A stretch of 64,000 nt of DNA from Ignavibacteriota bacterium. Its GTDB lineage: Bacteria > Bacteroidota > Ignavibacteria > Palsa-1295. The notes beneath the pieces were generated by a model, which was given only the letters and a program-made list of their open reading frames with translations, was not told where the DNA came from and made no database searches. Within the stretch, counting starts at the first letter, position 1. Each line of letters starts with the position of its first letter. Location: NCBI GenBank assembly GCA_963787835.1, contig CAWBEI010000004.1, forward strand, positions 128,001 to 192,000, given 5' to 3'. Positions 30,738 to 41,355 of the stretch are shown here, one piece after another. The position numbers and the translations under genes were made by a program.

Positions 30738-31942
30738 CCGTCACCTCCACAATTCGGCTTGCCCAGTCTGCACTCTTGCGGAACAAGATGCGCTCGTTGC
30801 TCACGACGCTTGGCATGGTGATCGGTGTTGGTGCCGTCGTCATTATGCAATCAATGGGGGAAGGCGCGACGGCCTACATTGACGATCAGATCACCGGGCT
30901 TGGCGCCAATATGTTTATCGTAGTTCCGGGTACGACGCGAATTATGGGGGGCCAGAGCACCGGCGTGCCACTCTTCACCGTAGGTGACATGGAAACCATG
31001 CGACGGCGAGCGCATAGCATTCTGGATATCGCACCACTATGTAACCGCCCACTCCGCACGATGTACGGAACTAATTATCATAACACGGTGATCAATGGAA
31101 CCACCCCCGATTTTTTCCGCATTCGAAAATTTGTTGTAACCGAAGGCCGCGATCTGAGTGATGACGATGAGCGCACCGGAGCACTGGTATGCATTCTTGG
31201 CACCACCGTGCTCGATGCTCTTTTCGGAAGCCAAGACCCCATCGGGAAGGAAATTCGGATTCATAACCTACCGGTACGCGTCATCGGTGTCCTCGAATCT
31301 CGAGGGTCCATGCTCGGAATGGATGCCGATGATATTGTTTATATTCCATATAATACTTTCTCTCGACGCATCAGCGGGAATGATCGCATTGGCGCTATAA
31401 TGTTCAGCGCGGTCTCGCAGGACCGCAGCGATGATGCAAAAACCGAAGCACAGCAGATCTTCCGCCAACGCCGACATATCCTTCCCGGCGAGGATGATGA
31501 TTTCACTGTACGTGACCCCAAGGAAATGGCTTCCCTGCTCGATTCCGTCACAGGAGCGCTAACGATTCTTCTTTCTGGAATTGCTGCTATCTCACTGCTC
31601 GTCGGTGGGATCGGCATTATGAACATCATGTTAGTTTCGGTAACGGAGCGAACCCGCGAGATCGGCCTTCGGCTCGCCGTTGGAGCAACGTCAGCCGATA
31701 TTCTCATGCAATTTTTGGTCGAGGCCACGATACTTGCGACCCTCGGCGGAATGATCGGTCTCGTGCTCGGGCTTATCGGCTCAGCGGTCGTTGCAAATGC
31801 GATCAGTATTCCATTTATCATTCCGATCGCTTCGATCCCAATAGCCTTTGGAGTATCGGTGTTCATTGGAATTGTATTTGGGGTTGCGCCAGCTCGCAAA
31901 GCCTCACAATTGATTCCCCTGGATGCATTACGCTTCGAGTGA
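30734..31942 (+). CDS. MacB-like ABC permease
   Basis: RSLLTTLGMVIGV and GGIGIMNIMLVSVTERTREIG. Confidence 0.95.
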   Translation: MTVTSTIRLAQSALLRNKMRSLLTTLGMVIGVGAVVIMQSMGEGATAYIDDQITGLGANMFIVVPGTTRIMGGQSTGVPLFTVGDMETMRRRAHSILDIAPLCNRPLRTMYGTNYHNTVINGTTPDFFRIRKFVVTEGRDLSDDDERTGALVCILGTTVLDALFGSQDPIGKEIRIHNLPVRVIGVLESRGSMLGMDADDIVYIPYNTFSRRISGNDRIGAIMFSAVSQDRSDDAKTEAQQIFRQRRHILPGEDDDFTVRDPKEMASLLDSVTGALTILLSGIAAISLLVGGIGIMNIMLVSVTERTREIGLRLAVGATSADILMQFLVEATILATLGGMIGLVLGLIGSAVVANAISIPFIIPIASIPIAFGVSVFIGIVFGVAPARKASQLIPLDALRFE

Positions 31943-32002
31943 TCTGGAACACTACACTTTGATCAAAACCAAATTCCCTGTAACCATACCTGAGGTGACT
32001 AA

Positions 32003-32713
32003 TTGTTTGAAAAATTTGGCCGGATGCTTCTCTTCATCATGATTGTCCTTGGTGATAGTGCGGCCAGCGGACAGCAGGCATCACCTTTGAAGCAACTACC
32101 CGCAGATATCCAGACTTCCAGTGACAGATTTGCAATAACGCGGCTGTTTGAGCTTCACTACTGGACGGGAAAGACATACTCGCTTACTGAAGACGCCAAT
32201 CGTCAAGCAATTATTGCATTTCAAAAACTTCAAGGTCTATCGAGAACTGGGAAGCTTTCTGATTCGACTCTTTCACGGCTTTCGCAGGCGGTTACCCAGA
32301 TGCCTCACGATACACTTCACAATCTGCACATCGAAGTAGATCTCAATCATCAGGTGCTGTTTGTAGTGGATTCGAGCGGTCACACTGTTCGGATTCTTTC
32401 CGTCTCAACGGGTACAGGACAACGTTTTGATTATCCAGGTAAAGGCCCAGAATACGCTCGGACACCCAGAGGAAAATTTAAAGTCTATTACAAAGTTACC
32501 GGTTGGAAAAAAAGCCCTCTCGGACAGATGTTCGATCCGATGTATATCGTGGGAGGTTTTGCGGTGCATGGTGCGCGGAGCGTACCATCCCGCCCCGCAA
32601 GCCATGGGTGCATCCGTGTTCCTATGTTTGCAGCCGACGAGTTATTTCGTACAACTCCGGTTGGAACCCCTGTAATCATTTACGGGGATAATCCTTACCC
32701 ATCACGAAAATGA
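32003..32713 (+). CDS. L,D-transpeptidase with peptidoglycan-binding domain
   Basis: AIIAFQKLQGL..TG PG-binding segment, TPRG and the AVHG...ASHGCIR catalytic motif. Confidence 0.9.
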   Translation: MFEKFGRMLLFIMIVLGDSAASGQQASPLKQLPADIQTSSDRFAITRLFELHYWTGKTYSLTEDANRQAIIAFQKLQGLSRTGKLSDSTLSRLSQAVTQMPHDTLHNLHIEVDLNHQVLFVVDSSGHTVRILSVSTGTGQRFDYPGKGPEYARTPRGKFKVYYKVTGWKKSPLGQMFDPMYIVGGFAVHGARSVPSRPASHGCIRVPMFAADELFRTTPVGTPVIIYGDNPYPSRK

Positions 32714-33343
32714 TTCGGGGTGCGATGGGATGGACCTCCCTTCAATACCAGAGGTATTATTCGGGATATGTGGTTGATCGGAGGGCTGCACCTCGTTCCA
32801 ACCATTCGCGATCCGAGCCGCATTCCCAACAATAGAATCCATCTCTGAGATCGCATAGGATTTTGAGAGCACCTTCGATGCTCCAGCAAGAAGAGCTTGT
32901 TCGATTCCTTCCTGTGATTGCGGGCCTCCTATAAGAACGATGTAGCCTTGCGGTAATGCGAGATGAAGACGTTGTATCGCGTGAAGGGCCGTTTCCCCAC
33001 TCAGATCATAGTCGATGAGGATCACTTGGGGTGCTTCTTCCCATGCGAGCACAAGTGCGTCCCGCAAGGTTGCAGAAGAATAGACCTCGTATCGGTGCTG
33101 ATCGAAATGCCGAACCAGGAATGCCCGGATTTCATCGAAGTCTTCCAGAATGAGTAACACCGTCTTTGGTGCTTCGACGGTCTTAGTTTGTTTGCGTTTT
33201 CTGATCATTGGGGATGAATCAATAGATCTGGTTGAGCTTGGCTTTCGTGGAACTCTCGTTGTCATCATCGAGGGATGAGCAAAGGAGGGCTGATCGGGCG
33301 AAGCTCCCAGATAATATCCTTCCAATTCTTGGTGCAGGTGCAT
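32702..33343 (-). CDS. Stand-alone response regulator receiver protein
   Basis: LILED, ILIDYD (phosphoacceptor Asp) and AGA..VLSK. Start uncertain (the ORF extends to 33448). Confidence 0.75.
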   Translation of the reverse strand: MHLHQELEGYYLGASPDQPSFAHPSMMTTRVPRKPSSTRSIDSSPMIRKRKQTKTVEAPKTVLLILEDFDEIRAFLVRHFDQHRYEVYSSATLRDALVLAWEEAPQVILIDYDLSGETALHAIQRLHLALPQGYIVLIGGPQSQEGIEQALLAGASKVLSKSYAISEMDSIVGNAARIANGWNEVQPSDQPHIPNNTSGIEGRSIPSHPESFS

Positions 33344-33799
33344 AATAATAGTTCTTTTGTCGAGAATCTCTCGAAAGAGTTGTGCCACCTTGTGACATCT
33401 ATTTATAATGGGCAAAATAAACCGGAGAAAATCAAATGATGCATTCATTCGACGAATTGCGCGGAAGAATTCTTGCCCCTTGAATCAAAGAGTTAACGCA
33501 TGGTAGATATTTTTAGCCCGTCCAGGAGATGCAATAGTGCATTTGGGGGGCCATTGAGAGCTTAAATAGTTGCTTGACCCATTTACAGAAGATGGCATGA
33601 GTTTTCGAAGTCGTCAGGCAAAGCAAAATGAAGGACTCACGGAAAAATAATCAGACGGTAGCGTTAAATAATTTAACGCTTTTAATTCAAAAATTCCTTA
33701 AAACAAGCAAAAAAAGCCAATTTGATTTTTGGAACAGAACTTGGGCTTCATATCAGCAAAGAAACAAAAGATCGCTGAAAGTCAGCAGAAACACCGACC

Positions 33800-34495
33800 G
33801 TGAAATACATAGCTAAGATCATGAAACGAATCCTGAATTCTCAACAGAACCGAGTTTTGATGCTAATGGCAACATTGGTTGCTATGGCCCAGACCGGCCT
33901 GTTGCAGGGACAGAACATGGTGCGAAGCACGGTCGGTGGTGAGAGGCAGGGAATCATTTCTAGCGGAGCACAAGAAGCGATCTACATGCTGAGTTCATCG
34001 AAAGATGTCGTCATGAATCTCTCCGGAACGATGCCGCTCAAGAATTGGACGATGACTGCTCATGGATTATCCGGTGCCGCGAAGATGGATATTACAGCGG
34101 ACCATCGGTTGACCGGAATCCAGACCCTGACCTTCAGTCTTCCGGTGCATAACCTCAAGGGTGAGCAAGAAGCAATGGATAACGATGCCTACAAAGCGTT
34201 GAAGGCTGACCAATATCACGAGATCGTTTTTCGGCTCAACTCGGCAACCATCGAGCCACGCAGTGGACATAACTATAACGTGCTGGCTCGCGGGAAGCTT
34301 ACGGTTGCAGGCGTGACGCGCGATGTGGTTCTGAATATGGCCGGGACCGTTGCTAAAGACGGCTCGATCTCGTTCACCGGTTCAGAAGTCGTGAGAATGT
34401 CGGACTACAACGTCGAGCGGCCATCTTTACTCTTTGGAATGATCAAAGCAGGCGACGAGATGACCCTTGCTTACAACCTGGTTTTTATTCAATAA
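33800..34495 (+). CDS. YceI-family polyisoprenoid-binding protein
   Basis: LSGT..L.NW, PVHNLK, AYKALK, GKLTVAGV and SDYNVERP motifs. Start uncertain. Confidence 0.85.
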   Translation: MKYIAKIMKRILNSQQNRVLMLMATLVAMAQTGLLQGQNMVRSTVGGERQGIISSGAQEAIYMLSSSKDVVMNLSGTMPLKNWTMTAHGLSGAAKMDITADHRLTGIQTLTFSLPVHNLKGEQEAMDNDAYKALKADQYHEIVFRLNSATIEPRSGHNYNVLARGKLTVAGVTRDVVLNMAGTVAKDGSISFTGSEVVRMSDYNVERPSLLFGMIKAGDEMTLAYNLVFIQ

Positions 34496-34512
34496 CAATT
34501 ATCAACAACAAC

Positions 34513-35128
34513 GTGAAACACACTATGAACACACCAACAACGATGCGAAAATATTTTATTGCCTCATTTTTCCTACTTTCTTTCATCATGGTTCCTGCAT
34601 TGCAGGCGCAAACAGCCTATACGGTAAGCAGCAAGCAGGAGTCGATGACGCTCTATGGGACATCGACGCTACATAACTGGACGATGACCTTGACCTTCTA
34701 CACCGGTAACGCTCAATTTACCCTCACTGCGGATAACCACTTGACAGGACTGAGCGCACTCAGCGTCGATCTGCCCGTCCACAATCTAAAAAGTGAAAGC
34801 GATGGAATGACCAACAATGCATACGATGCCTTGAAGGCGGATAAGTTCAAAGACATCGTATTCAGACTTACCTCCGCCACGGTCACCCCCTCAGGAGGAA
34901 ACAAGTATCAAATCGCCGCGCTCGGTAATCTCACGATCTCTGGAGCGAACAAGGCAGTAACATTGAACACTACGGCAGTCGTGAACGCGGACGGATCCAT
35001 TTCCTGCAGCGGCACGGTGGCGCTTAAATTCTCGGATTTCAACATTGAACGGCCATCCTTCATGTTCGGGACGATGAAGTGTAGGCGATGCCCTCACATT
35101 AAACTATTCATTAATTTTTGTGAAGTAA
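34513..35128 (+). CDS. YceI-family protein with an apparent 1-nt frameshift near the 3' end
   Basis: GTSTLHNW and GNLTISG motifs. Removing T35080 restores KVGDALTLNYSLIFVK* (TAA 35126-35128), matching the paralog's KAGDEMTLAYNLVFIQ*. Confidence 0.8.
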
Positions 35129-35144
35129 GCATCGTCGGCGATGC
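35127..35144 (-). repeat. 18-bp palindromic element
   Basis: AAGCATCGTCGGCGATGC on +, identical to 23647-23664. Confidence 0.85.
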
Positions 35145-35205
35145 GCCATTCCACTCATGGGAATTTAAACACATACATTTTCCAAACTAACCACAAACAA
35201 CCATT

Positions 35206-36612
35206 ATGAAACATACCATTAGAATACTCATTCTTCTATGCCTCGCCGCATCGCCCATGATGCTTACGAGTCTTGCACACGCGCAACAACTCGCCACATC
35301 CGGCATGCAATTCTTCCGCCCGAATGATCAGCGGGGTGTCAACTCCTTCGAGACCGATAAGACCGACACCACGCCATTCAAGGGCACATTCATCCACATT
35401 GGTGGAGCATTCGCGGACGATTGGCAATCCCTCACAGACCAGAACTACACGAATACAAAAACCACTCTTAATCATGCGGACTCTTCCAATATTCTTGCAA
35501 AACTTGGCGGTGGGTTCCAACTCGGGTGGGGTAATATGTACATGGACGGCCAAATTGCCGATGGTATTCGTACCAACATTACCGTTTATCTTGCAACGGT
35601 GCACCACGAAGATACATGGGTTAAGAACGGGTACTTGCAGATCGACAAGCTCAATTTCTTAGGCAGCGACGTCGTGAATGACATCATGAAGTACGTCACG
35701 ATCCAGGCAGGATTTATTGAAGACGATTATGGCGATCAGCATTTCCGCCGTGTCGATGGTGGTAACGGAATGTACAATCCATTCATCGAAAACTACATTA
35801 TGGACGAATTCGCAACCGAAACAGGTGCAGAGTTCTACTATCATAACGATGGCTGGCTTGGTATGGTCGGGATCACCAACGGGGAGCTCAATCCGCAAAT
35901 TAAAGAATCGGGCTCGGTGGATGCAGAAACTGGCAAGCCAGTGGCCTACGACCCATCGCTTCTCGCCAAATTGGGTTATGATAAACAGGTTAACAGCGAT
36001 CTCCGCTTCCGACTCACTGGTTCTTACTACGAGAATCAAAACGGTTCCGTCACGCTGCTTGATGCTGGCGACCGTGCAGGTTCCCACTACAGCCTCGTGA
36101 TGGCAAATACCCTTGCACCAGTAAGTGCGCCGACGAACAGCGCAGAAGATAACACCTTCACGCAGGGTCGCTTCGGGCCGGGATTCTCGACCCAGATTTC
36201 GACATTTATGATCAACCCGTTCATCAAATACGATGGTCTGGAATTCTTTGGAACGTACGAGGGTGCCAGTGGCCGCAACAATACTGAGACGGCAACTCGT
36301 AACGCAACGCAAATGGCGGCGGATCTCATCTACCGCTTTGGTGCAACACAGCAATTCTGGATCGGCTTCCGGTACAATACGGTGAAGATGCAGCTTGCGC
36401 CAGTGAGCCAGAATATTCCCGATGTCACGGTTGATCGCATCGTTGGATCGATCGGCTGGTTCCCAGTCACCGCCGTCCTGATGAAAGTCGAATATGTTTC
36501 GCAAACCTACACCGGTTTCGACAATTCGCTTATCGCGGCTTCCAGCGCGAACGGAATCCTGAACGGTGGCAAATTCCAGGGAATCGTTGGCGAAGCAGAC
36601 GTAGCATTCTAA
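35206..36612 (+). CDS. Outer-membrane beta-barrel (porin-like) conserved hypothetical protein
   Basis: Signal peptide, alternating beta-strand pattern and C-terminal Phe (EADVAF). Confidence 0.8.
   Translation: MKHTIRILILLCLAASPMMLTSLAHAQQLATSGMQFFRPNDQRGVNSFETDKTDTTPFKGTFIHIGGAFADDWQSLTDQNYTNTKTTLNHADSSNILAKLGGGFQLGWGNMYMDGQIADGIRTNITVYLATVHHEDTWVKNGYLQIDKLNFLGSDVVNDIMKYVTIQAGFIEDDYGDQHFRRVDGGNGMYNPFIENYIMDEFATETGAEFYYHNDGWLGMVGITNGELNPQIKESGSVDAETGKPVAYDPSLLAKLGYDKQVNSDLRFRLTGSYYENQNGSVTLLDAGDRAGSHYSLVMANTLAPVSAPTNSAEDNTFTQGRFGPGFSTQISTFMINPFIKYDGLEFFGTYEGASGRNNTETATRNATQMAADLIYRFGATQQFWIGFRYNTVKMQLAPVSQNIPDVTVDRIVGSIGWFPVTAVLMKVEYVSQTYTGFDNSLIAASSANGILNGGKFQGIVGEADVAF
35248..35265 (+). 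repeat. 18-bp palindromic element inside the signal-peptide coding region
   Basis: GCATCGCCCATGATGCTT encodes ASPMML. Confidence 0.75.
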
Positions 36613-36764
36613 TCGAACAGAAAACAAGCTCACCAGAGTTCCCGGTTCGTCCGGGGAAGTAAGATAGAGAGCAAGAATAGGGCGCCAACGCGTAAGCAGA
36701 GGCGCCCTTTCGCTGGTGCACTATAAAGGCATCATGCAAGTCCTGAATTCAACCTGAAAGAATT

Positions 36765-38135
36765 ATGAAAACCATCATCGAGCCATTCAAAATAAAAATG
36801 GTGGAGCAGTTGCGCTTCACCACTCCCGAAGAGCGTTTCGACCTGCTAAAAAAGGCACATTATAATCCTTTCCTGCTTCGTTCGGATGATGTTTTGATCG
36901 ATCTGCTCACCGATAGCGGAACGACAGCAATGAGTGCTAAACAGTGGTCCGCCCTCATGGACGGGGACGAAGCTTACGCAGGTTCTCGAAGCTATTATAA
37001 ATTTGAGGATGCCGTTCGAGATATTACAGGGTTCAAGCATATCATTCCCACCCACCAGGGCCGTGCTGCGGAGAAAATTCTCTTCAGTATCATCGGCGAA
37101 CCAGGAAAAGTAATTCCTAATAATACCCATTTCGATACTACGCGCGCTAATATTGAAGAGTCTGGCGCTCGTGCGATCGACTTGCCGAATGCGTTCGGTC
37201 TCATTCCGGAACTTGTTGCCGACTTCAAAGGCGACATGGATATCGACGCGTTGGGAGAATTAATTCTTCGAGTAGGTCCACAAAATATTCCGGTCATCAT
37301 GTTGACCGTTACCAATAACACGGGTGGCGGCCAGCCAGTCTCGATGAAGAACATTCGCGAAGTTAGCAAGATAGCTCATACGAATGGTATCCTATTTTAT
37401 CTCGATGCGTGCCGATTCGCGGAGAACGCGATGTTCATCAAACTTCGTGAGGAGGGGTATGCAAATGTTCCCATCAAAACGATTGCGCAAGAGATGTTTT
37501 CGTATGCCGATGGCTGCACCATGAGCGCGAAGAAAGACGGATTGGTCAATACCGGTGGCTGGCTCGCGATGAACGATGATACGTTGTCAATGAAGGCTCG
37601 AAATGTTCTCATCGTTACCGAGGGATTTACGACGTATGGGGGACTCGCACGGCGGGATCTGGAAGCGATCGCACGCGGTCTGGTCGAAATAATGGATGAA
37701 TCCTATCTTGCGTATCGTTTACGATCCGTGCAATATTTGGGAGATGCGCTCGAACTACACGGAGTTCCGATCGTACGTCCGACCGGCGGTCATGCCGTAT
37801 ATCTTGACGCCAAACATTTTGCACCGCACATCCCGCAAAGTAAATATCCAGGTCAATCGATTGTCTGCGCTCTTTATGCACATGCCGGAATTCGAGCAGT
37901 TGAGGTCGGAAGTGTGATGTTCGGTAAATATGATGAGAATGGCATACTCATCCCTTCTCAAATGGAACTTGTTCGGCTCGCAATTCCTCGACGCGTTTAC
38001 ACCCAAAGCCATATCGACTATGTTGCTGAAGCGGTGAATGAAGTTTTCGATGACCGCGATAGTTTGCCGAAATTTTGCATCACGTATGAAGCGCCAATAC
38101 TCCGACATTTTACGGCACACTTTGAGCCCCTGTAG
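36765..38135 (+). CDS. tnaA: Tryptophanase
   Basis: [14 protein letters not shown] and SAKKD motifs. HFDTTR and LRHFTA are tryptophanase-type. Confidence 0.9.
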   Translation: MKTIIEPFKIKMVEQLRFTTPEERFDLLKKAHYNPFLLRSDDVLIDLLTDSGTTAMSAKQWSALMDGDEAYAGSRSYYKFEDAVRDITGFKHIIPTHQGRAAEKILFSIIGEPGKVIPNNTHFDTTRANIEESGARAIDLPNAFGLIPELVADFKGDMDIDALGELILRVGPQNIPVIMLTVTNNTGGGQPVSMKNIREVSKIAHTNGILFYLDACRFAENAMFIKLREEGYANVPIKTIAQEMFSYADGCTMSAKKDGLVNTGGWLAMNDDTLSMKARNVLIVTEGFTTYGGLARRDLEAIARGLVEIMDESYLAYRLRSVQYLGDALELHGVPIVRPTGGHAVYLDAKHFAPHIPQSKYPGQSIVCALYAHAGIRAVEVGSVMFGKYDENGILIPSQMELVRLAIPRRVYTQSHIDYVAEAVNEVFDDRDSLPKFCITYEAPILRHFTAHFEPL

Positions 38136-38157
38136 ATGATACATAAATAATAGCGAT

Positions 38158-38192
38158 GTAAAAGAATCTAACTATATGTTAAAGAATCTTAC
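38158..38192. promoter_or_regulatory. Tandem operator/UAS pair upstream of the cupredoxin-Cyc2 operon
   Basis: GTAAAAGAATCTAAC and GTTAAAGAATCTTAC, 20 bp apart. Confidence 0.55.
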
Positions 38193-38333
38193 GCATGCTC
38201 GTTGTAACAACAATTATTGACTGCAAGGAGTGTAAAGATATAGGGGGTCTGGATAAGATTCTTAACACTGGCATGATTTGTCCGGGAAGATGAGAATATC
38301 GATTTTAGCCGAATATAAAATGATTTTCCCAAT

Positions 38334-39134
38334 ATGACTATGAACACATTAAATACTCCTTCAAGAGACCGTCTTATTTCAATAAGTGACCTTGCCTTTG
38401 CGATCATCATTATTTTGGCTACGAGCCTCGGTTTTCTGATGATCCCAAGAGATCAGAAAGCAAGCCCATCCGGCGGTTCGATCAGTGGTACGGTTCGTTT
38501 CTCTGGAGCCGTCCCGAAATTGGCACATGCTAAGACGACGGGCTTTGAAATGTGCGGAGCAACACATTCATACGACCGCCTTATTGTTGGAAAGGGCAAT
38601 GGTGTTCAATATACCTTAATCTACGTTGCAAATCCGCCGGCTGGGAAGGCGAATTTCCCGCCTGTAACGATCACGCAGCAGGGCTGCGGATATTCGCCTC
38701 ACATGGCGATCGCTACACGTGGCTCGTCGGTCAATTTTGTGAATGGTGATCCGGGCCTTCATAATGTGCATGGTTATTTCACGAGCGGATCGGAACGTTC
38801 AACACTGTTCAATTTCGCGCAGCCCTCTCAGGGGATGACATCCGCTCAGCAACTGCGCAAAGCGGGCATGGTAAACGTCGAGTGTGATGTGCACTTCTGG
38901 ATGTCCTCGTGGATCTGGGTGACGGATAACCCTTACGTCGCTGTGACGAATGCCGATGGTTCGTATTCGATCCCGGCTCTTCCGCCCGGAACCTATAATC
39001 TCGTGATGTGGCACGAAGGCTGGAGGATGAACGGTGGGGAAAGCGGCCGCCCGGAATTCTCCGGAGCTGTTGTTGAACAAAAACAGGTCACCGTTGGTGA
39101 TGGGGGAGCAACAGCTGACTTTGAACTGCAATGA
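38334..39134 (+). CDS. Membrane-anchored cupredoxin + carboxypeptidase-regulatory-like domain protein
   Basis: HNVH...ECDVHFWM gives His/Cys/His/Met type-1 Cu ligands. Also DGSYSI..LPPGTY and an N-terminal TM segment. Confidence 0.8.
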   Translation: MTMNTLNTPSRDRLISISDLAFAIIIILATSLGFLMIPRDQKASPSGGSISGTVRFSGAVPKLAHAKTTGFEMCGATHSYDRLIVGKGNGVQYTLIYVANPPAGKANFPPVTITQQGCGYSPHMAIATRGSSVNFVNGDPGLHNVHGYFTSGSERSTLFNFAQPSQGMTSAQQLRKAGMVNVECDVHFWMSSWIWVTDNPYVAVTNADGSYSIPALPPGTYNLVMWHEGWRMNGGESGRPEFSGAVVEQKQVTVGDGGATADFELQ

Positions 39135-40411
39135 GAACCATTTATGGCGTCCTCCTCTTTGTCGTTGCGGTGGCTCTTGTAGCGCCAGATGCGAAGGCTG
39201 TTCCTGTCTTTGCAAGGAAGTATAATACAACGTGCTTTACCTGTCATACGACACCCCCATTGCTGAACGATTTTGGCCTTCGTTTTCAGGCAAATGGTTA
39301 CCAGTTGCCGGGTACGCTTGAAAAATTCGCACAGGCCGATCAACCAACCTTTTTACTCGGGATGGTAGCACAGCCGTTGTTACAGTATTCGGAGGTAAAA
39401 GATAATCTTGGGGTGAATCCAACCACCACATCCACATCGTTTTCGGGAATTGAAGTGGGACTGTTTGCCTCGGCGTCCCTTGGCTCACATTTTTCCTTTT
39501 ATACGGGTCTTCCGATAGATTATTTTAGCGGTCAACAAGCTCAAATCAATGTCGAGACGGCAAACCTGATTTACACTGATGCGCTCAATGATGGAACCGG
39601 TTCGCTCAACTTCCGTCTTGGCGAGTTTCGGTTCTCATACCCTTATCAGCATGAGGTCTTACTGGCAAATCCAAACATTGATCCCCTGGTCTATACCTAC
39701 GATCCTTTTGCTAAAGCCGGGAATAGCAGCTTCCTAATGAAGGCAAACACCCTCTCCTTTGCAGATCCCAACTTCGGGTTTTCTGCATTCGGAATGATTC
39801 CAGGTATTGCAGAAGGTCTGCGGTATGATATCGGCATCAGCGGTGGTACAAGCAGTGATATTGATCTGCATCAGTCTCATGCGTTATTCGGTGCACTGAA
39901 TCAAACGATCTATGTCAATAATGCTCCTCTGCGCTTTGGGGCATTCTATTATGGTGGTTCTCAATTGATCACGAATACAAATCCAATTGACACCGTTGGG
40001 GGATTGTCGGCGCCTCAATGGACAAATTATAGTTCGCGGGTAGGCCTGAACCTGGAATTTTATGATCCCTGGACTAAGCGGCTTGACTTTTACAGTCAAT
40101 ATTTGATGGGGAAAGACAATAATGTTGACACGGTCGGAACCGGCTATACGGAGACGGGAGGTTTTGTAGGAGTGAACGTCATTATTTCTCCTGAGAAGTT
40201 CTATATCTTTGGCCGATACGATATTCTCGATGTAAAAGAAACGAATGACAATTCAAACCAGATTGACATGGGATTCCAGTATCATTTCTTGCCTAATGTT
40301 TTTGTTACCGGCTTCTATACTATTACAAACGAAATAGTGACAAGCGCCGGCGTGAAGACTATGGATCAGACAAGTACTTCCGGTGGAATTGGCTTACGTT
40401 TTGGATTTTAA
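39131..40411 (+). CDS. cyc2: Cyc2-like monoheme cytochrome c-porin fusion
   Basis: Signal peptide AKA, then VPVFARKYNTTCFTCHTTPPLLNDFGLRFQANGY (Cyc2 N-terminal signature). A beta-barrel follows, ending LRFGF. Confidence 0.8.
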   Translation: MRTIYGVLLFVVAVALVAPDAKAVPVFARKYNTTCFTCHTTPPLLNDFGLRFQANGYQLPGTLEKFAQADQPTFLLGMVAQPLLQYSEVKDNLGVNPTTTSTSFSGIEVGLFASASLGSHFSFYTGLPIDYFSGQQAQINVETANLIYTDALNDGTGSLNFRLGEFRFSYPYQHEVLLANPNIDPLVYTYDPFAKAGNSSFLMKANTLSFADPNFGFSAFGMIPGIAEGLRYDIGISGGTSSDIDLHQSHALFGALNQTIYVNNAPLRFGAFYYGGSQLITNTNPIDTVGGLSAPQWTNYSSRVGLNLEFYDPWTKRLDFYSQYLMGKDNNVDTVGTGYTETGGFVGVNVIISPEKFYIFGRYDILDVKETNDNSNQIDMGFQYHFLPNVFVTGFYTITNEIVTSAGVKTMDQTSTSGGIGLRFGF

Positions 40412-40425
40412 GGAGAGAATATAGG

Positions 40426-41265
40426 ATGTACATACAAACACTTACAGTCGCAGCAGCTATCGGACTCTCCGGATTGGCGCTTTCAGTTAACTCTGGTGAT
40501 CCCGTAGTGCCAGCACCGGGTGCAAGCATTACCGCACCAGCGCCACCAGCTTCTCGCGAGATCCTGGCACGGGGAAGAGAGATGTTTCTCGTGGCTTGTG
40601 CGCCATGCCATGGTGCTGATGGAACGGGCAATGGACCGATTGCTTCGAATCTGCTATCGAAACCTCGCAATCTTACACGCGGGATCTATATGAACCGTTC
40701 GACGGCAAGTGGAGAGCTCCCGACAGATTATGATCTGTTTCGAACGATCACAACCGGATTGCACAACACCGCAATGCCCTCGTTTCGGCACATGGCACAA
40801 GGAGACCGGTGGGCAGTCGTGCAATATATCAAGACCTTTTCGCCGCGTTTCAACGATTCAACAGAATATCCGCTTGATGTACTGAATGTCGGAACCGAAG
40901 TCCTTCCAAGCCCCCAAAGCCTTGCGACCGGACGGGCTCTTTATCTGCAAATGCAATGTGCAAGCTGCCACGGCATTCGCGGACAAGGAGATGGCCCATC
41001 ATCCGGTACACTTGCCGACGATTTCGGAAACCAAATCTGGCCGACCGATCTTACGAACCCTTCGAACTTCAAATTCGGCCGAAGTGTGCTCGACATTTTT
41101 CGCATTTTTTCAACAGGGCTCAATGGAACACCAATGCCGTCCTACGCTCAGACCTTACCTGATACTGCGCGTTGGCACCTTGCGAATTATGTCTGGTCGT
41201 TACAAAATACGGATCAATACGTGGATGGCGTAGATGCCGATAGCCTTGTTGCACTGAAACGCTGA
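40426..41265 (+). CDS. Periplasmic diheme cytochrome c
   Basis: CAPCH and CASCH, each followed by GxGP...P.(N/D)LT and a distal MPS. Confidence 0.92.
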   Translation: MYIQTLTVAAAIGLSGLALSVNSGDPVVPAPGASITAPAPPASREILARGREMFLVACAPCHGADGTGNGPIASNLLSKPRNLTRGIYMNRSTASGELPTDYDLFRTITTGLHNTAMPSFRHMAQGDRWAVVQYIKTFSPRFNDSTEYPLDVLNVGTEVLPSPQSLATGRALYLQMQCASCHGIRGQGDGPSSGTLADDFGNQIWPTDLTNPSNFKFGRSVLDIFRIFSTGLNGTPMPSYAQTLPDTARWHLANYVWSLQNTDQYVDGVDADSLVALKR

Positions 41266-41355
41266 GGAATTTTGTTGCATGGATTTCATTTTCACTTTTT
41301 TAATCGACCAAAGCTTGAAAAGCTCTGATATAATTAACTAACCAATCAAGAACGA

